Under the pieces are notes generated by a model. It saw only the letters and a program-made list of their open reading frames with translations, did no database searches and was not told the DNA's origin. The position numbers were made by a program, and so were the translations under genes. 49,732 nt of DNA from Flavobacteriales bacterium UBA1112 (GTDB taxonomy: Bacteria > Bacteroidota > Bacteroidia > Flavobacteriales_D > Sanyastnellaceae). Within the stretch, counting starts at the first letter, position 1. Each line of letters opens with the position of its first letter. The DNA lies in assembly GCA_002313415.1 (NCBI GenBank), contig DCBH01000072.1:1-49732 (forward strand), written 5' to 3'. Positions 41,617 through 49,732 of the stretch are shown here, in pieces.

Positions 41617-43398
41617 TCATCCAAATGGTGACTTCGGCTTCGGAATTTTCCGGACTCTGAGATTTTTAGGGGTTGCCTCCAGATACTCGTCGTCGTTGAT
41701 GAATTCCATCAACTCTTCCAAGGACAATTTTTTGGCGGGGGCGATGCGAAGTCCTTTGTCTGCACCGGAAGCGCGCATGTTGGTGAGCTTTTTTCCTTTG
41801 ATGAGATTGAGCTCCATGTCGATGTCGCGAGCTGATTCGCCAACCACTTGTCCGGCATAGATGTCTTCTCCAGGGTCGATGAAAAATGTGCCTCGATCTT
41901 GCAGTCGATCGATTTCATAGGCGCGTGCCTGACCTGTTTCCATACTCACCAAAGAACCGGAGCTTCGGGTAGCCAAGTCACCAGCGTAGGGCTCGTATCC
42001 GTCGAATCGGTGCGTCATGACCGCTTCTCCTGCAGTTGCGGTCAACATTTGATTTCGAAGTCCAATCAGACCTCGAGAAGGGATTCGAAATTCCAAGTGC
42101 TGAACATCTCCCTTGGCTTCCATGACGTGCAACATGCCTTTGCGCGTCATCACCAATTCTGTGGCTTTGCCAGCCGTGGCTTCAGGAACGTCAATGACCA
42201 AGTGCTCATAAGGCTCGTGTTTTGTGCCATCTATCTCTTTGAATAAGACCTGGGGCTTACCAATTTGAAGTTCGTAGCCTTCGCGCCTCATGGTTTCAAT
42301 GAGAACACTCAAGTGTAGGATGCCACGACCGAACACATTCCACTTGTCCTCGCTGTCGGTGGCTTCAACTCGCAAGGCTAAATTTTTCTGAAGTTCAACA
42401 TCGAGGCGCTCACGGATGTGACGACTTGTCAAAAAGGTGCCATCCTTTCCCAGAAAAGGAGAGGTGTTGATCGTGAAAAGTAAGCTCATTGTTGGTTCGT
42501 CTACAGCGATGCGATCCATGGCTTCTGGAGATTCCAAATCGGCCAAAGTGTCTCCAATTTCAAATCCATCCATGCCCGTAATTGCGCATAGATCTCCACT
42601 TCGGACATGGTCCACTTTTTCTTTTCCCAAACCAGAGAAAACATAGAGTTCTTTGGCTCGAACCTTTTTGTTGCCCTCAGAAGTGCAGAGCATGTAGTCT
42701 TTATTTGCATGCAAATCCCCGCGGTAAAGGCGGCCAATGGCGATCCGCCCGGTGTATTTGCTGTAGTCCAATGAGGTGATTTGAAGCTGTGGTGTTCCTT
42801 CCACGTAGGGCGCTTCAGGCACTTCTTTCAAAATGACATCCAAGAGGTAGGACACATCGGCAGCAGGGAGTTTCCAATCTTCAGCCATCCAGCCGTTTTT
42901 GGCGGAACCATACACCGTGGGGAAGTCCAATTGTTCTTCTGTGGCATTCAAGTTGCACATCAAGTCAAAGACTTGTTCCTGTACCAAGTCTGGCGCACAA
43001 TTTTCCTTGTCCACCTTGTTGATCACCACAATTGGCTTCAACCCCAGTTCAATGGCCTTACTCAAGACAAATCGGGTCTGGGGCATTGGCCCCTCGAATG
43101 CATCCACCAAAAGGAGTACAGCATCTGCCATCTTCAAAACGCGCTCGACCTCACCGCCAAAGTCCGCGTGGCCTGGCGTATCGATGAGGTTGATTTTGAC
43201 GTCATTCCATGTGGCGCTCACATTTTTGGCAAGGATGGTAATTCCTCGCTCGCGTTCAAGATCGTTGTTGTCGAGAATGAGTTCGCCTACTTCCTTGCGT
43301 TCATCCACAACGTTGCATTGGTGAATGATCTTATCTACCAGGGTTGTTTTGCCGTGGTCGACGTGGGCGATGATGGCTACGTTCCGAATTCCGCTCAT
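41617..43398 (-). CDS. typA: Translational GTPase TypA/BipA
   Basis: IRNVAIIAHVDHGKTTLVDKII is G1, DTPGHADFGGEV is G3 and NKVDK is G4. EF-G-like domains follow, with the BipA C-terminal domain. The ATG at 43398 matches the usual short N-terminus; an upstream in-frame ATG lies at 43431. Confidence 0.95.
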   Translation of the reverse strand: MSGIRNVAIIAHVDHGKTTLVDKIIHQCNVVDERKEVGELILDNNDLERERGITILAKNVSATWNDVKINLIDTPGHADFGGEVERVLKMADAVLLLVDAFEGPMPQTRFVLSKAIELGLKPIVVINKVDKENCAPDLVQEQVFDLMCNLNATEEQLDFPTVYGSAKNGWMAEDWKLPAADVSYLLDVILKEVPEAPYVEGTPQLQITSLDYSKYTGRIAIGRLYRGDLHANKDYMLCTSEGNKKVRAKELYVFSGLGKEKVDHVRSGDLCAITGMDGFEIGDTLADLESPEAMDRIAVDEPTMSLLFTINTSPFLGKDGTFLTSRHIRERLDVELQKNLALRVEATDSEDKWNVFGRGILHLSVLIETMRREGYELQIGKPQVLFKEIDGTKHEPYEHLVIDVPEATAGKATELVMTRKGMLHVMEAKGDVQHLEFRIPSRGLIGLRNQMLTATAGEAVMTHRFDGYEPYAGDLATRSSGSLVSMETGQARAYEIDRLQDRGTFFIDPGEDIYAGQVVGESARDIDMELNLIKGKKLTNMRASGADKGLRIAPAKKLSLEELMEFINDDEYLEATPKNLRVRKIPKPKSPFG

Positions 43399-43555
43399 GA
43401 AGTGAAGGTTGCGGCCGCGAAGGTCGTTCATCGCGAAACAGCGATGGACATTGAAAGCCCATTAATTTTTTCAGATGATTGTGTTCTAAGCCACCCCGAC
43501 CTTGAAATGTTCCACCTAAGCCAAATGGGCGCGCTGTTTGAAGCAAGTGGGACGT

Positions 43556-45040
43556 TTAAGAAAATGATTTGATTGCCTCAGGCAAGAGTGCTTCGAATTC
43601 TTGGAGCATGGTTTCGAAGTCTGTTGTGTCCGTCAAGGGATTCATTAAGGTGCAACGCAGCCAAACTTTGCCATCAAATTCTGTCATTACGACGTAGCTA
43701 GATCCTCGTTTTAAATGCATTTTTCTCAAGCATTTGATGACGTCATTCCAGTGAACAATTGAAATTTCAGGGTCCGGACAAAGTGGACGGAAACACACAA
43801 TGTTCGCTTCTGGTTTCATGGCCAATTCCCACCCGTCACGCATTTCAATCATGGCTCCCAAAACATTTCCTAGGGCCCACATCCGGTCGACAAGCTCCGC
43901 CCAAATGCCCCAGCCAAATTCTGCCTTGATTGCGGCAAGACGAGTACTTAGCATGCGTTTGGTGCATTCAAAAGTGCGCTTGCCTGTATCCCACCAGTCT
44001 TCGTCTTCGGCGTTGTCCCACAAATATTCAGCATGTTGGGAAAAAGGCAAGAAGCTTTGGGTGTATCGGCCATAAAACACGCCCGTACACAAAGCGGGAA
44101 GACCACAAGTTTTGTGGAAATCAAGCACCACGGTATCGGCGTGTTCGATTCCTGTCACCAGATGCCTATGTGTGCTGCTGAATGCTACGGATGCACCATG
44201 TGCACCATCGACGTGAAACCAAATTCCGTGACGTTTGCATACAGACGAAATGTCTTCGAGGGGATCAAAGGCCCCTGCGCTGGTCGTGCAGGAGCTACCA
44301 ACAACAGCCAGGACTCGCTTCCCTTGGTCAAGGACGCGCTTGAGTTGCGCTTGGAGGTCGTCCACGCACATTTGGTGCTTGTGGTTGGTGCGGACCAAAA
44401 CAGTCCCCTCTGCACCCCATCCCATTGTTCTCATGGCGCGGGCAATGCAGTAATGAGCACGTTCGGAGACCAAGACTACCAGTGGCTGAGGAAAGACATG
44501 GATTCCATCTTGCCAAGAATCCAAACCCAATTGATGTGCCACATGTCGTTGGGCGGCCATCAAAGCCACCAAATTGCCGAGTGTGCCGCCATGACAAAGA
44601 ATACCGCCAGATTCCTCTGGTAGACCCAGCATCCTTGCGATTTCGGACATCAAGAGGTCCTCCTGAACCGCATTGCTCGGCCCCATTTCGTAAATGGCTT
44701 GACCATTGTTGAGCATATCTGTGACCATCCCCGTCGAGGCTGTTTCTGGAATGATTGTGGCAACTTGATGACCCATATATCGGGGGTCGTGCAGATGATT
44801 TGAGCGGGCAATGACGTTAGCAAAAATGCCGTCACGCCCGTCTTTCCAGACGTCTGAATCACTCCAAAATGTTCGTTCCTCCTCGGGTGAGGGCGCGGGA
44901 TAGGAGGAGAACGCCTGACGCTCTTGGGCTTGTTTCAGGTGTGAAGTGAGTAATTCGGTGGCTTTGGTCGCGGATTCGGCAAATCGAACAGGGGAAAACG
45001 CGTGCCTTAATGCGTCGGAAACAGGGGGCAGCTGGGGCAT
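43556..45040 (-). CDS. Group II pyridoxal-phosphate-dependent amino-acid decarboxylase
   Basis: Motifs are HGGTLGNLVALMAA, WFHVDGAHGAS and VVLDFHKTCGLP (PLP Lys). The ATG at 45040 is preferred over the TTG at 45067. The substrate (DABA, Asp, Glu, Tyr) cannot be called from sequence alone. Confidence 0.8.
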   Translation of the reverse strand: MPQLPPVSDALRHAFSPVRFAESATKATELLTSHLKQAQERQAFSSYPAPSPEEERTFWSDSDVWKDGRDGIFANVIARSNHLHDPRYMGHQVATIIPETASTGMVTDMLNNGQAIYEMGPSNAVQEDLLMSEIARMLGLPEESGGILCHGGTLGNLVALMAAQRHVAHQLGLDSWQDGIHVFPQPLVVLVSERAHYCIARAMRTMGWGAEGTVLVRTNHKHQMCVDDLQAQLKRVLDQGKRVLAVVGSSCTTSAGAFDPLEDISSVCKRHGIWFHVDGAHGASVAFSSTHRHLVTGIEHADTVVLDFHKTCGLPALCTGVFYGRYTQSFLPFSQHAEYLWDNAEDEDWWDTGKRTFECTKRMLSTRLAAIKAEFGWGIWAELVDRMWALGNVLGAMIEMRDGWELAMKPEANIVCFRPLCPDPEISIVHWNDVIKCLRKMHLKRGSSYVVMTEFDGKVWLRCTLMNPLTDTTDFETMLQEFEALLPEAIKSFS

Positions 45041-45260
45041 ACCGTAAACATACTGCGGTGGGCACAACCCCTCATCTCATGAGGCCCAAAAGTGACATTC
45101 GGCTTTGCAAGTATGAGCATTACCAGAAACAACAGGTTCAATTTAGATCTTTCATTTGAAATGTCAACGGGGAAGCTGTTCGTGAAAAATCTTTCTTCGA
45201 CCTTTGAAACATGTCACGTTGTGCCACATTAAAACGACAAGACCGCGAGTATATTCGCCC

Positions 45261-45935
45261 ATGATTGTGCTCAACGGCGTTACCAAATCTTACCTGACTG
45301 GGAGCCAGTCGTTGCAGGTGTTGAAAGGGGTCGATTTGCAAGTCAGTGCTGGTGAGCTCGTGGCCATCATGGGGTCCTCGGGATCGGGGAAATCCACGCT
45401 CCTCAACATCTTAGGTCTACTTGATGCTTACGATGGAGGGAATTATGAATTGGATGGAAGAGACATGTCTGGACTTTCAGAGCGGCGCGCTGCAGAGCTG
45501 CGTCGAGAGATGCTCGGATTTGTTTTTCAGAGTTTCAATTTGATTCCTTTCAAATCGGCAGCTGAGAACGTGGCTCTGCCACTGTACTACAAAAAAGTCG
45601 CTCGGAAAGAGCGTGAGCATAGGTCCCGTCAGTTGCTCGAGCGAGTTGGTCTATTGGAATGGGCACATCACTTGCCTTCTCAACTCAGTGGTGGCCAAAA
45701 GCAGCGCGTGGCCATTGCGCGGGCCTTGGCCGCAACACCGCGTGTCATTCTCGCGGATGAGCCCACTGGCTCATTGGACAGTGTTACGTCGAGCGAAGTC
45801 ATTGACCTGTTGAAGGAATTGAATTCCGAAGGAACCACGATGGTGGTGGTTACACACGAATCTGACATTGCTGCCGAATGTGGTCGTACAATAAGGCTTC
45901 GAGATGGTTTGGTGGAATCCCATGGCCATGTTTGA
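45261..45935 (+). CDS. ABC transporter ATP-binding protein (MacB/LolD-type)
   Basis: Motifs are Walker A GSSGSGKST, FVFQSFNLIP, signature LSGGQKQRVAIARA and Walker B ILADEPTGSLD. Confidence 0.9.
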   Translation: MIVLNGVTKSYLTGSQSLQVLKGVDLQVSAGELVAIMGSSGSGKSTLLNILGLLDAYDGGNYELDGRDMSGLSERRAAELRREMLGFVFQSFNLIPFKSAAENVALPLYYKKVARKEREHRSRQLLERVGLLEWAHHLPSQLSGGQKQRVAIARALAATPRVILADEPTGSLDSVTSSEVIDLLKELNSEGTTMVVVTHESDIAAECGRTIRLRDGLVESHGHV

Positions 45936-47169
45936 TCGTGATGCGTGGTTGGAGGTGGCACACAATGTGTTGGCTCATCCCGTCCGTACCTCGTTAACAG
46001 GTTTAAGTGTGGCCTTGGGGATTTTCATTCTCGTGGTGATGCAAGGTCTTGGCCATGGCCTGCAAAACGGTGTAGAAGGTCAATTCGCGGATAATGCAGT
46101 CAACAGCATCATGGTGGAAGGGGGCAAAACACAAATCCCATACCGCGGCAACCAAAGCAATCGTCCAATTCGTTTGACTGAGCAGGACTTCACTGGCTTG
46201 GCTTCGCAGGCTGATACGATACCGTCATTTTCCAGACGCATCCGTTTGTTTGGCATCAACATCATCTGGGAAAATCCGGCAGGTGAAAACAAAAGTGGTG
46301 GATATGGGGTGCGTGGCGTAGACCCGTCACACATTGATTTGGAACAATCAGTTTTGTTGTCTGGCCGATTCATCAATGATCGTGATGTTCAAGACGGCCG
46401 CAAAGTGGCCGTGCTCGGGCCAAATGTTGTTCGGGATTTGTTCGGAGGAACAGATCCGGTGGGACAATACATTCGCATCAATGCCGCATCCTTTTTGGTG
46501 GTTGGAACATTCAATGATCCGGGTTCAAGATGGGAAAACAGGGTTGTGTACATCCCTTTTTCGACCGCAAAGGCATTGTACCGGCCAGAGGCTTGGATTG
46601 ATCAGATTTTATATGGTACCGGAAACATGACGACTGAAGCTACCGTCGATCAGAGCAATCGCATGCTTTTTTGGTTGAAGGAGACCAAACAAGTTCATCC
46701 CGACGACCAAAATGGGGTGAAGGTGGACAACAACAACGAGGAATACGCGCTCTATGACTCCATTTTTACGGGCATTCGTTTATTCATTTGGGGCATTGGA
46801 CTCATGACTCTTCTGGCTGGTGCCGTAGGGGTAGCCAACATCTTGGCCATCGGAGTGAAAGAGCGAACCAAGGAAATTGGAGTTCGAAAGGCACTCGGGG
46901 CCACCAATGCCGGAATTGTGAGTCTCGTTGTCATGGAATCCACAGTTTTGATTTTGTTCAGTGGAAGTTTGGGGTTGATCATTGCGGTTGGATTGTTGTC
47001 AGTGATGGCACCAATGGCCAACCACGAATACTTTCAAAATCCTCAGGTCGATCATCGCATTGCTCTTTTTGCCCTTGGTGTTCTGGTTGTTGTTGGATTG
47101 GCAAGTGGCCTTGGCCCTGCATTGCGTGCAGTGGCCATTCGACCTGTTGAAGCCCTGCGTGACGAATGA
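45928..47169 (+). CDS. ABC transporter permease (MacB_PCD + FtsX domains)
   Basis: The ATG at 45928 overlaps the ATPase stop (ATGTTTGA). TM1 is followed by a periplasmic domain of about 230 aa, then the FtsX module (ERTKEIGVRKALGAT). Confidence 0.85.
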   Translation: MFDRDAWLEVAHNVLAHPVRTSLTGLSVALGIFILVVMQGLGHGLQNGVEGQFADNAVNSIMVEGGKTQIPYRGNQSNRPIRLTEQDFTGLASQADTIPSFSRRIRLFGINIIWENPAGENKSGGYGVRGVDPSHIDLEQSVLLSGRFINDRDVQDGRKVAVLGPNVVRDLFGGTDPVGQYIRINAASFLVVGTFNDPGSRWENRVVYIPFSTAKALYRPEAWIDQILYGTGNMTTEATVDQSNRMLFWLKETKQVHPDDQNGVKVDNNNEEYALYDSIFTGIRLFIWGIGLMTLLAGAVGVANILAIGVKERTKEIGVRKALGATNAGIVSLVVMESTVLILFSGSLGLIIAVGLLSVMAPMANHEYFQNPQVDHRIALFALGVLVVVGLASGLGPALRAVAIRPVEALRDE

Positions 47170-48428
47170 GGTGGTGGGAGAGAGATCCGTGGCTCGAGTT
47201 GGCGCAAGTTTTTCTTCGCAACCCGTTTCGCACGTTCCTTAGTTCGCTTGGTGTAGGGTGGGGCTTATTCATGATTTTAATCACTGTCGGCGCATCTAAT
47301 GGTCTTGAAGAAGGAGTTAAGGCAGATATGGGTAATAGAGTGAAAAACAGTGCCTTTATATGGGGAAAGTCAACAAGTATGGCGTACAAAGGATACCCCA
47401 GAAAAAGAAAAATCGAACTCACGAGTTCGGACGTGGAATACTTGGTTGAAAATGCGACAACCCTTCAGGCTGTCGCACCCCGGAATCAGCTCGGTGGGTG
47501 GCGTGGAGAAAACAATGTAACGCACGATCTCAAGAGTGCTGCTTGTGGTGTTTTTGGAGATGTTCCTGTTTACAAGGACATCGATCCTGTCATTGTCACT
47601 GAGGGCCGATACATCAATCAACGTGACCTTGACGATCGACGCAAAGTCGCGGTGATCGGTACCCGAGTCAGGCAATCGCTTTTTTCACGTGATGAAGAGG
47701 TTTTGGGCAGCCACATCCAAATTCAAGGGGTCAACTTTACTGTGGTCGGGGTGTTCAAAAGCCAGCAGACAGGTGAAGATGCCGAGGAGAGTGAGAACAG
47801 CATTTTTACTCCCTACACAACATTCAATCGGGCGTTCCATATGGGAGATAAAGTGGGATGGTTGAGTCTTTTGATCAAGGAGGATGTCCGTGGCGATACT
47901 GCTGTGGCCGAAGTTCTTCGCTTGCTTAAGGCTCAAAAAAGCGTTCACCCTGAAGATCCAAGGGGGTTTGGCGAGTGGAGCATGGCTGAAATTCACGAAG
48001 AAATGTCCACCGTGTTTCGCGCCTTTCGATGGGTGTCATTCGTGTTTGGTGGGTTGGCTTTGTTTGCTGGTGTTATCGGAATCATGAACATTATGCTCAT
48101 TACGGTCAAGGAGCGTACGCGGGAACTTGGCGTCCGTCGTGCCCTTGGCGCCACTCCAGCAAACATTGTGGTTCAGATCATGATGGAAACGCTGACGCTC
48201 ACCATACTTGCGGGACTGATTGGTGGAATTTTTGGAGTCTTTGCTTTGGATACTTTGGATTCCTTCTTAGTGAGCGCCGAGGACAATGGTATTTTTCGCC
48301 ATCCGCACATCACGTTGGATGTGTTGTTGAATGCATTGATGACCATGACGATTCTCGGCGCCTTGGCCGGAGTTTTGCCTGCTCTGCGAGCTTTGCGCAT
48401 TCAACCTGTAGATGCTCTTCGAACCTAA
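47166..48428 (+). CDS. ABC transporter permease (MacB_PCD + FtsX domains), paralog of the upstream gene
   Basis: It has an ATGA start/stop overlap. The architecture is the same as the upstream gene, with ERTRELGVRRALGAT. Confidence 0.85.
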   Translation: MRWWERDPWLELAQVFLRNPFRTFLSSLGVGWGLFMILITVGASNGLEEGVKADMGNRVKNSAFIWGKSTSMAYKGYPRKRKIELTSSDVEYLVENATTLQAVAPRNQLGGWRGENNVTHDLKSAACGVFGDVPVYKDIDPVIVTEGRYINQRDLDDRRKVAVIGTRVRQSLFSRDEEVLGSHIQIQGVNFTVVGVFKSQQTGEDAEESENSIFTPYTTFNRAFHMGDKVGWLSLLIKEDVRGDTAVAEVLRLLKAQKSVHPEDPRGFGEWSMAEIHEEMSTVFRAFRWVSFVFGGLALFAGVIGIMNIMLITVKERTRELGVRRALGATPANIVVQIMMETLTLTILAGLIGGIFGVFALDTLDSFLVSAEDNGIFRHPHITLDVLLNALMTMTILGALAGVLPALRALRIQPVDALRT

Positions 48429-48450
48429 ATTGTTCTCTGAAACCCATGTC

Positions 48451-49557
48451 ATGAAAAACGGAAAACTCATACTTCTTGTAGTCGGCGTGCTGTTGGTGTT
48501 TGTCGGAACGGCATACACGGTCAAACATTTGCGGGACCAAGAGCAACAGGCTGAAGCTTTTTACGACACAGAATCACCTCGTACTGCAGACATTGTTCTG
48601 AAAACGTTGGCATCTGGAAGTGTGCAGCCTAGGCAGGAGATTCTCATCAAGCCGCAGGTTTCAGGGATTGTCCGTCGTGTACTCGTAGAACCGGGAGATG
48701 CCGTGAAGGCTGGAGAAGTGTTGGCTGAGGTCATGATTGTGCCCGATGTGGCAGCGTTAAGTAACGCGGAGTCTAGGCTGGCAAGGGCGAAAATCACACT
48801 GGACGATGCACAATTGAATCACGAGCGCAATGCAGACTTATTGACTCGAGGCGTGGTGGCGATTGCTGAAGCTCAGCGCACAGAACTTGCTTTGAAGCAG
48901 GCCCGGGAGGAGCTTTATGCGGCAGAGGACAATCTCCGGATTGTTCAAGAGGGAGTGACGGCGCGAGGAGGAGACAATTCATCCAACACACTCGTGAAAG
49001 CAACGGTCTCGGGGATGGTGTTGGAAGTTCCCATCAAAAAAGGAAACAGCGTCATTGAAGCCAACAATTTTAACGAGGGCACCACGATTGCTTCAGTGGC
49101 GGATATGGCAGACTTGCAATTTGTGGGCAAAATCGACGAAAGCGAGGTAGAAAAGCTCCATGAAGGCATGCCCATTCGCCTGACCATTGGTGCAATTGAA
49201 GGAATCCAGATCCCGGCGACTTTGGAGCACATTTCCCCCAAGGGCGTGGAAGAGGGTGGGGCAATTCAATTTGAAATTAAGGCTGCTGTGATTTTGACTG
49301 AAGGGCAATTTCTACGCGCGGGATATTCCGCGACAGCAGACGTGGTTTTGGATGAGCGCAGTCAGGTTTTGGCGTTGAGCGAACGACTCATCCAATATGA
49401 CGTCAATCAACCTTTTGTGGATGTTTTGGTGGGGGACAACACCTATGAGCGACGCGATTTGGAAGTCGGATTAAGCGATGGGCTCGTCACAGAAATCTTG
49501 TCTGGTGTGACGGAGAAGGATCAAATTAAAATATGGAACCAGCCGCGTTATCAATGA
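48451..49557 (+). CDS. Efflux periplasmic adaptor (HlyD/MacA-type membrane fusion protein)
   Basis: The ATG at 48451 gives N-terminal anchor MKNGKLILLVVGVLLVFVGTAY. It has lipoyl/barrel motifs (GSVQPRQEILIKPQVSGIVRRVLVEPGDAVKAGEVLAEV), a coiled-coil hairpin and ATVSGMVLEV. Confidence 0.85.
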   Translation: MKNGKLILLVVGVLLVFVGTAYTVKHLRDQEQQAEAFYDTESPRTADIVLKTLASGSVQPRQEILIKPQVSGIVRRVLVEPGDAVKAGEVLAEVMIVPDVAALSNAESRLARAKITLDDAQLNHERNADLLTRGVVAIAEAQRTELALKQAREELYAAEDNLRIVQEGVTARGGDNSSNTLVKATVSGMVLEVPIKKGNSVIEANNFNEGTTIASVADMADLQFVGKIDESEVEKLHEGMPIRLTIGAIEGIQIPATLEHISPKGVEEGGAIQFEIKAAVILTEGQFLRAGYSATADVVLDERSQVLALSERLIQYDVNQPFVDVLVGDNTYERRDLEVGLSDGLVTEILSGVTEKDQIKIWNQPRYQ

Positions 49558-49732
49558 GCTTGGCTCAAGCATGTTTGGCTAGATTTTAGAAGATTCATGA
49601 GCCTTTCCACGCGTACGGAAGTCCAAAGAAAGAATGCATGGTTGCGCCCTGAAGAGATGCCATAGACATCTGAACGTGTTTTTTTTAAAGGCTTCAGGGT
49701 TACATTTTCAGGGCTTCGAGGGGTGGTCCCCC

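Noticed and set aside
42781-43572. 263-aa plus-strand ORF
   Set aside because: It is antisense to typA, whose GTPase motifs are unambiguous.
49700-49732. Possible 3' end of a minus-strand gene entering from beyond the window (reads GGPPLEALKM-stop)
   Set aside because: Only 10 codons are visible, so it cannot be supported.
1-49732. Search for CRISPR arrays, tRNA/rRNA genes, IS elements, integrases, toxin-antitoxin or known defence genes
   Set aside because: I saw no direct-repeat arrays, no cloverleaf-compatible intergenic sequence, and no transposase, integrase or defence-type motifs in any sizeable ORF. The intergenic regions are short (mostly under 220 bp).

Overview
This 49.7 kb window looks like a chromosomal segment of a marine Bacteroidota-type genome. 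That origin is inferred from three Por/T9SS-type C-terminal sorting domains, Cys-lipobox signal peptides, a CarboxypepD_reg-type TonB-dependent receptor and a MacB/FtsX-type ABC efflux operon. I call about 42 protein-coding genes at high coding density. I saw no rRNA, tRNA, CRISPR array, transposase, integrase or phage gene. All functional calls come from motifs read in the supplied translations and DNA; no database search was run.

Layout:
- 1-12745: a same-strand glycan-degradation cluster with no SusC/SusD pair. It holds two unknown beta-barrel outer-membrane proteins, a lipoprotein, a triple-CBM T9SS protein, two tandem clan GH-A hydrolase paralogs, an S1 sulfatase and a CE1/PHB-depolymerase-like esterase.
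- 12853-14598: a secreted EEP-family nuclease/phosphatase with TSP3-like calcium repeats.
- 14901-20549: flavodoxin, followed by a Fur-family metal-uptake island (MerC-like protein, Fur/Zur-like regulator, small Cys/His-rich ORF, TonB receptor, His-rich lipoprotein).
- 20555-22487: a secreted PHM/DBH-like two-copper monooxygenase fused to a c-type cytochrome module, with a thioredoxin-fold partner gene.
- 22537-26864: DUF808 membrane protein, VOC protein, prolyl oligopeptidase.
- 26938-30067: PNGase F-like protein, TlpA-like thioredoxin, and a bacterial nitric oxide synthase oxygenase.
- 30199-33705: rluF, then a STAS-less SulP transporter next to an iota-carbonic-anhydrase-like SnoaL-fold protein, then a GreA-C-like ORF.
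- 33699-45040: GH2 beta-mannosidase, tandem Usp, T9SS esterase, HDAC-like amidohydrolase, ATP-grasp protein, membrane desaturase, typA, PLP decarboxylase.
- 45261-49557: a MacB-type ABC efflux operon.

The items most worth a second look are:
- the cytochrome-c::PHM-like monooxygenase and thioredoxin pair;
- the NOS operon, which carries an unusual FNGHY pocket motif;
- the SusCD-less glycan locus;
- a recurring Cys-bracketed, dockerin-like extreme C-terminal tag on three unrelated secreted enzymes, alongside classical T9SS CTDs on three others;
- the iota-CA-like/SulP pair.
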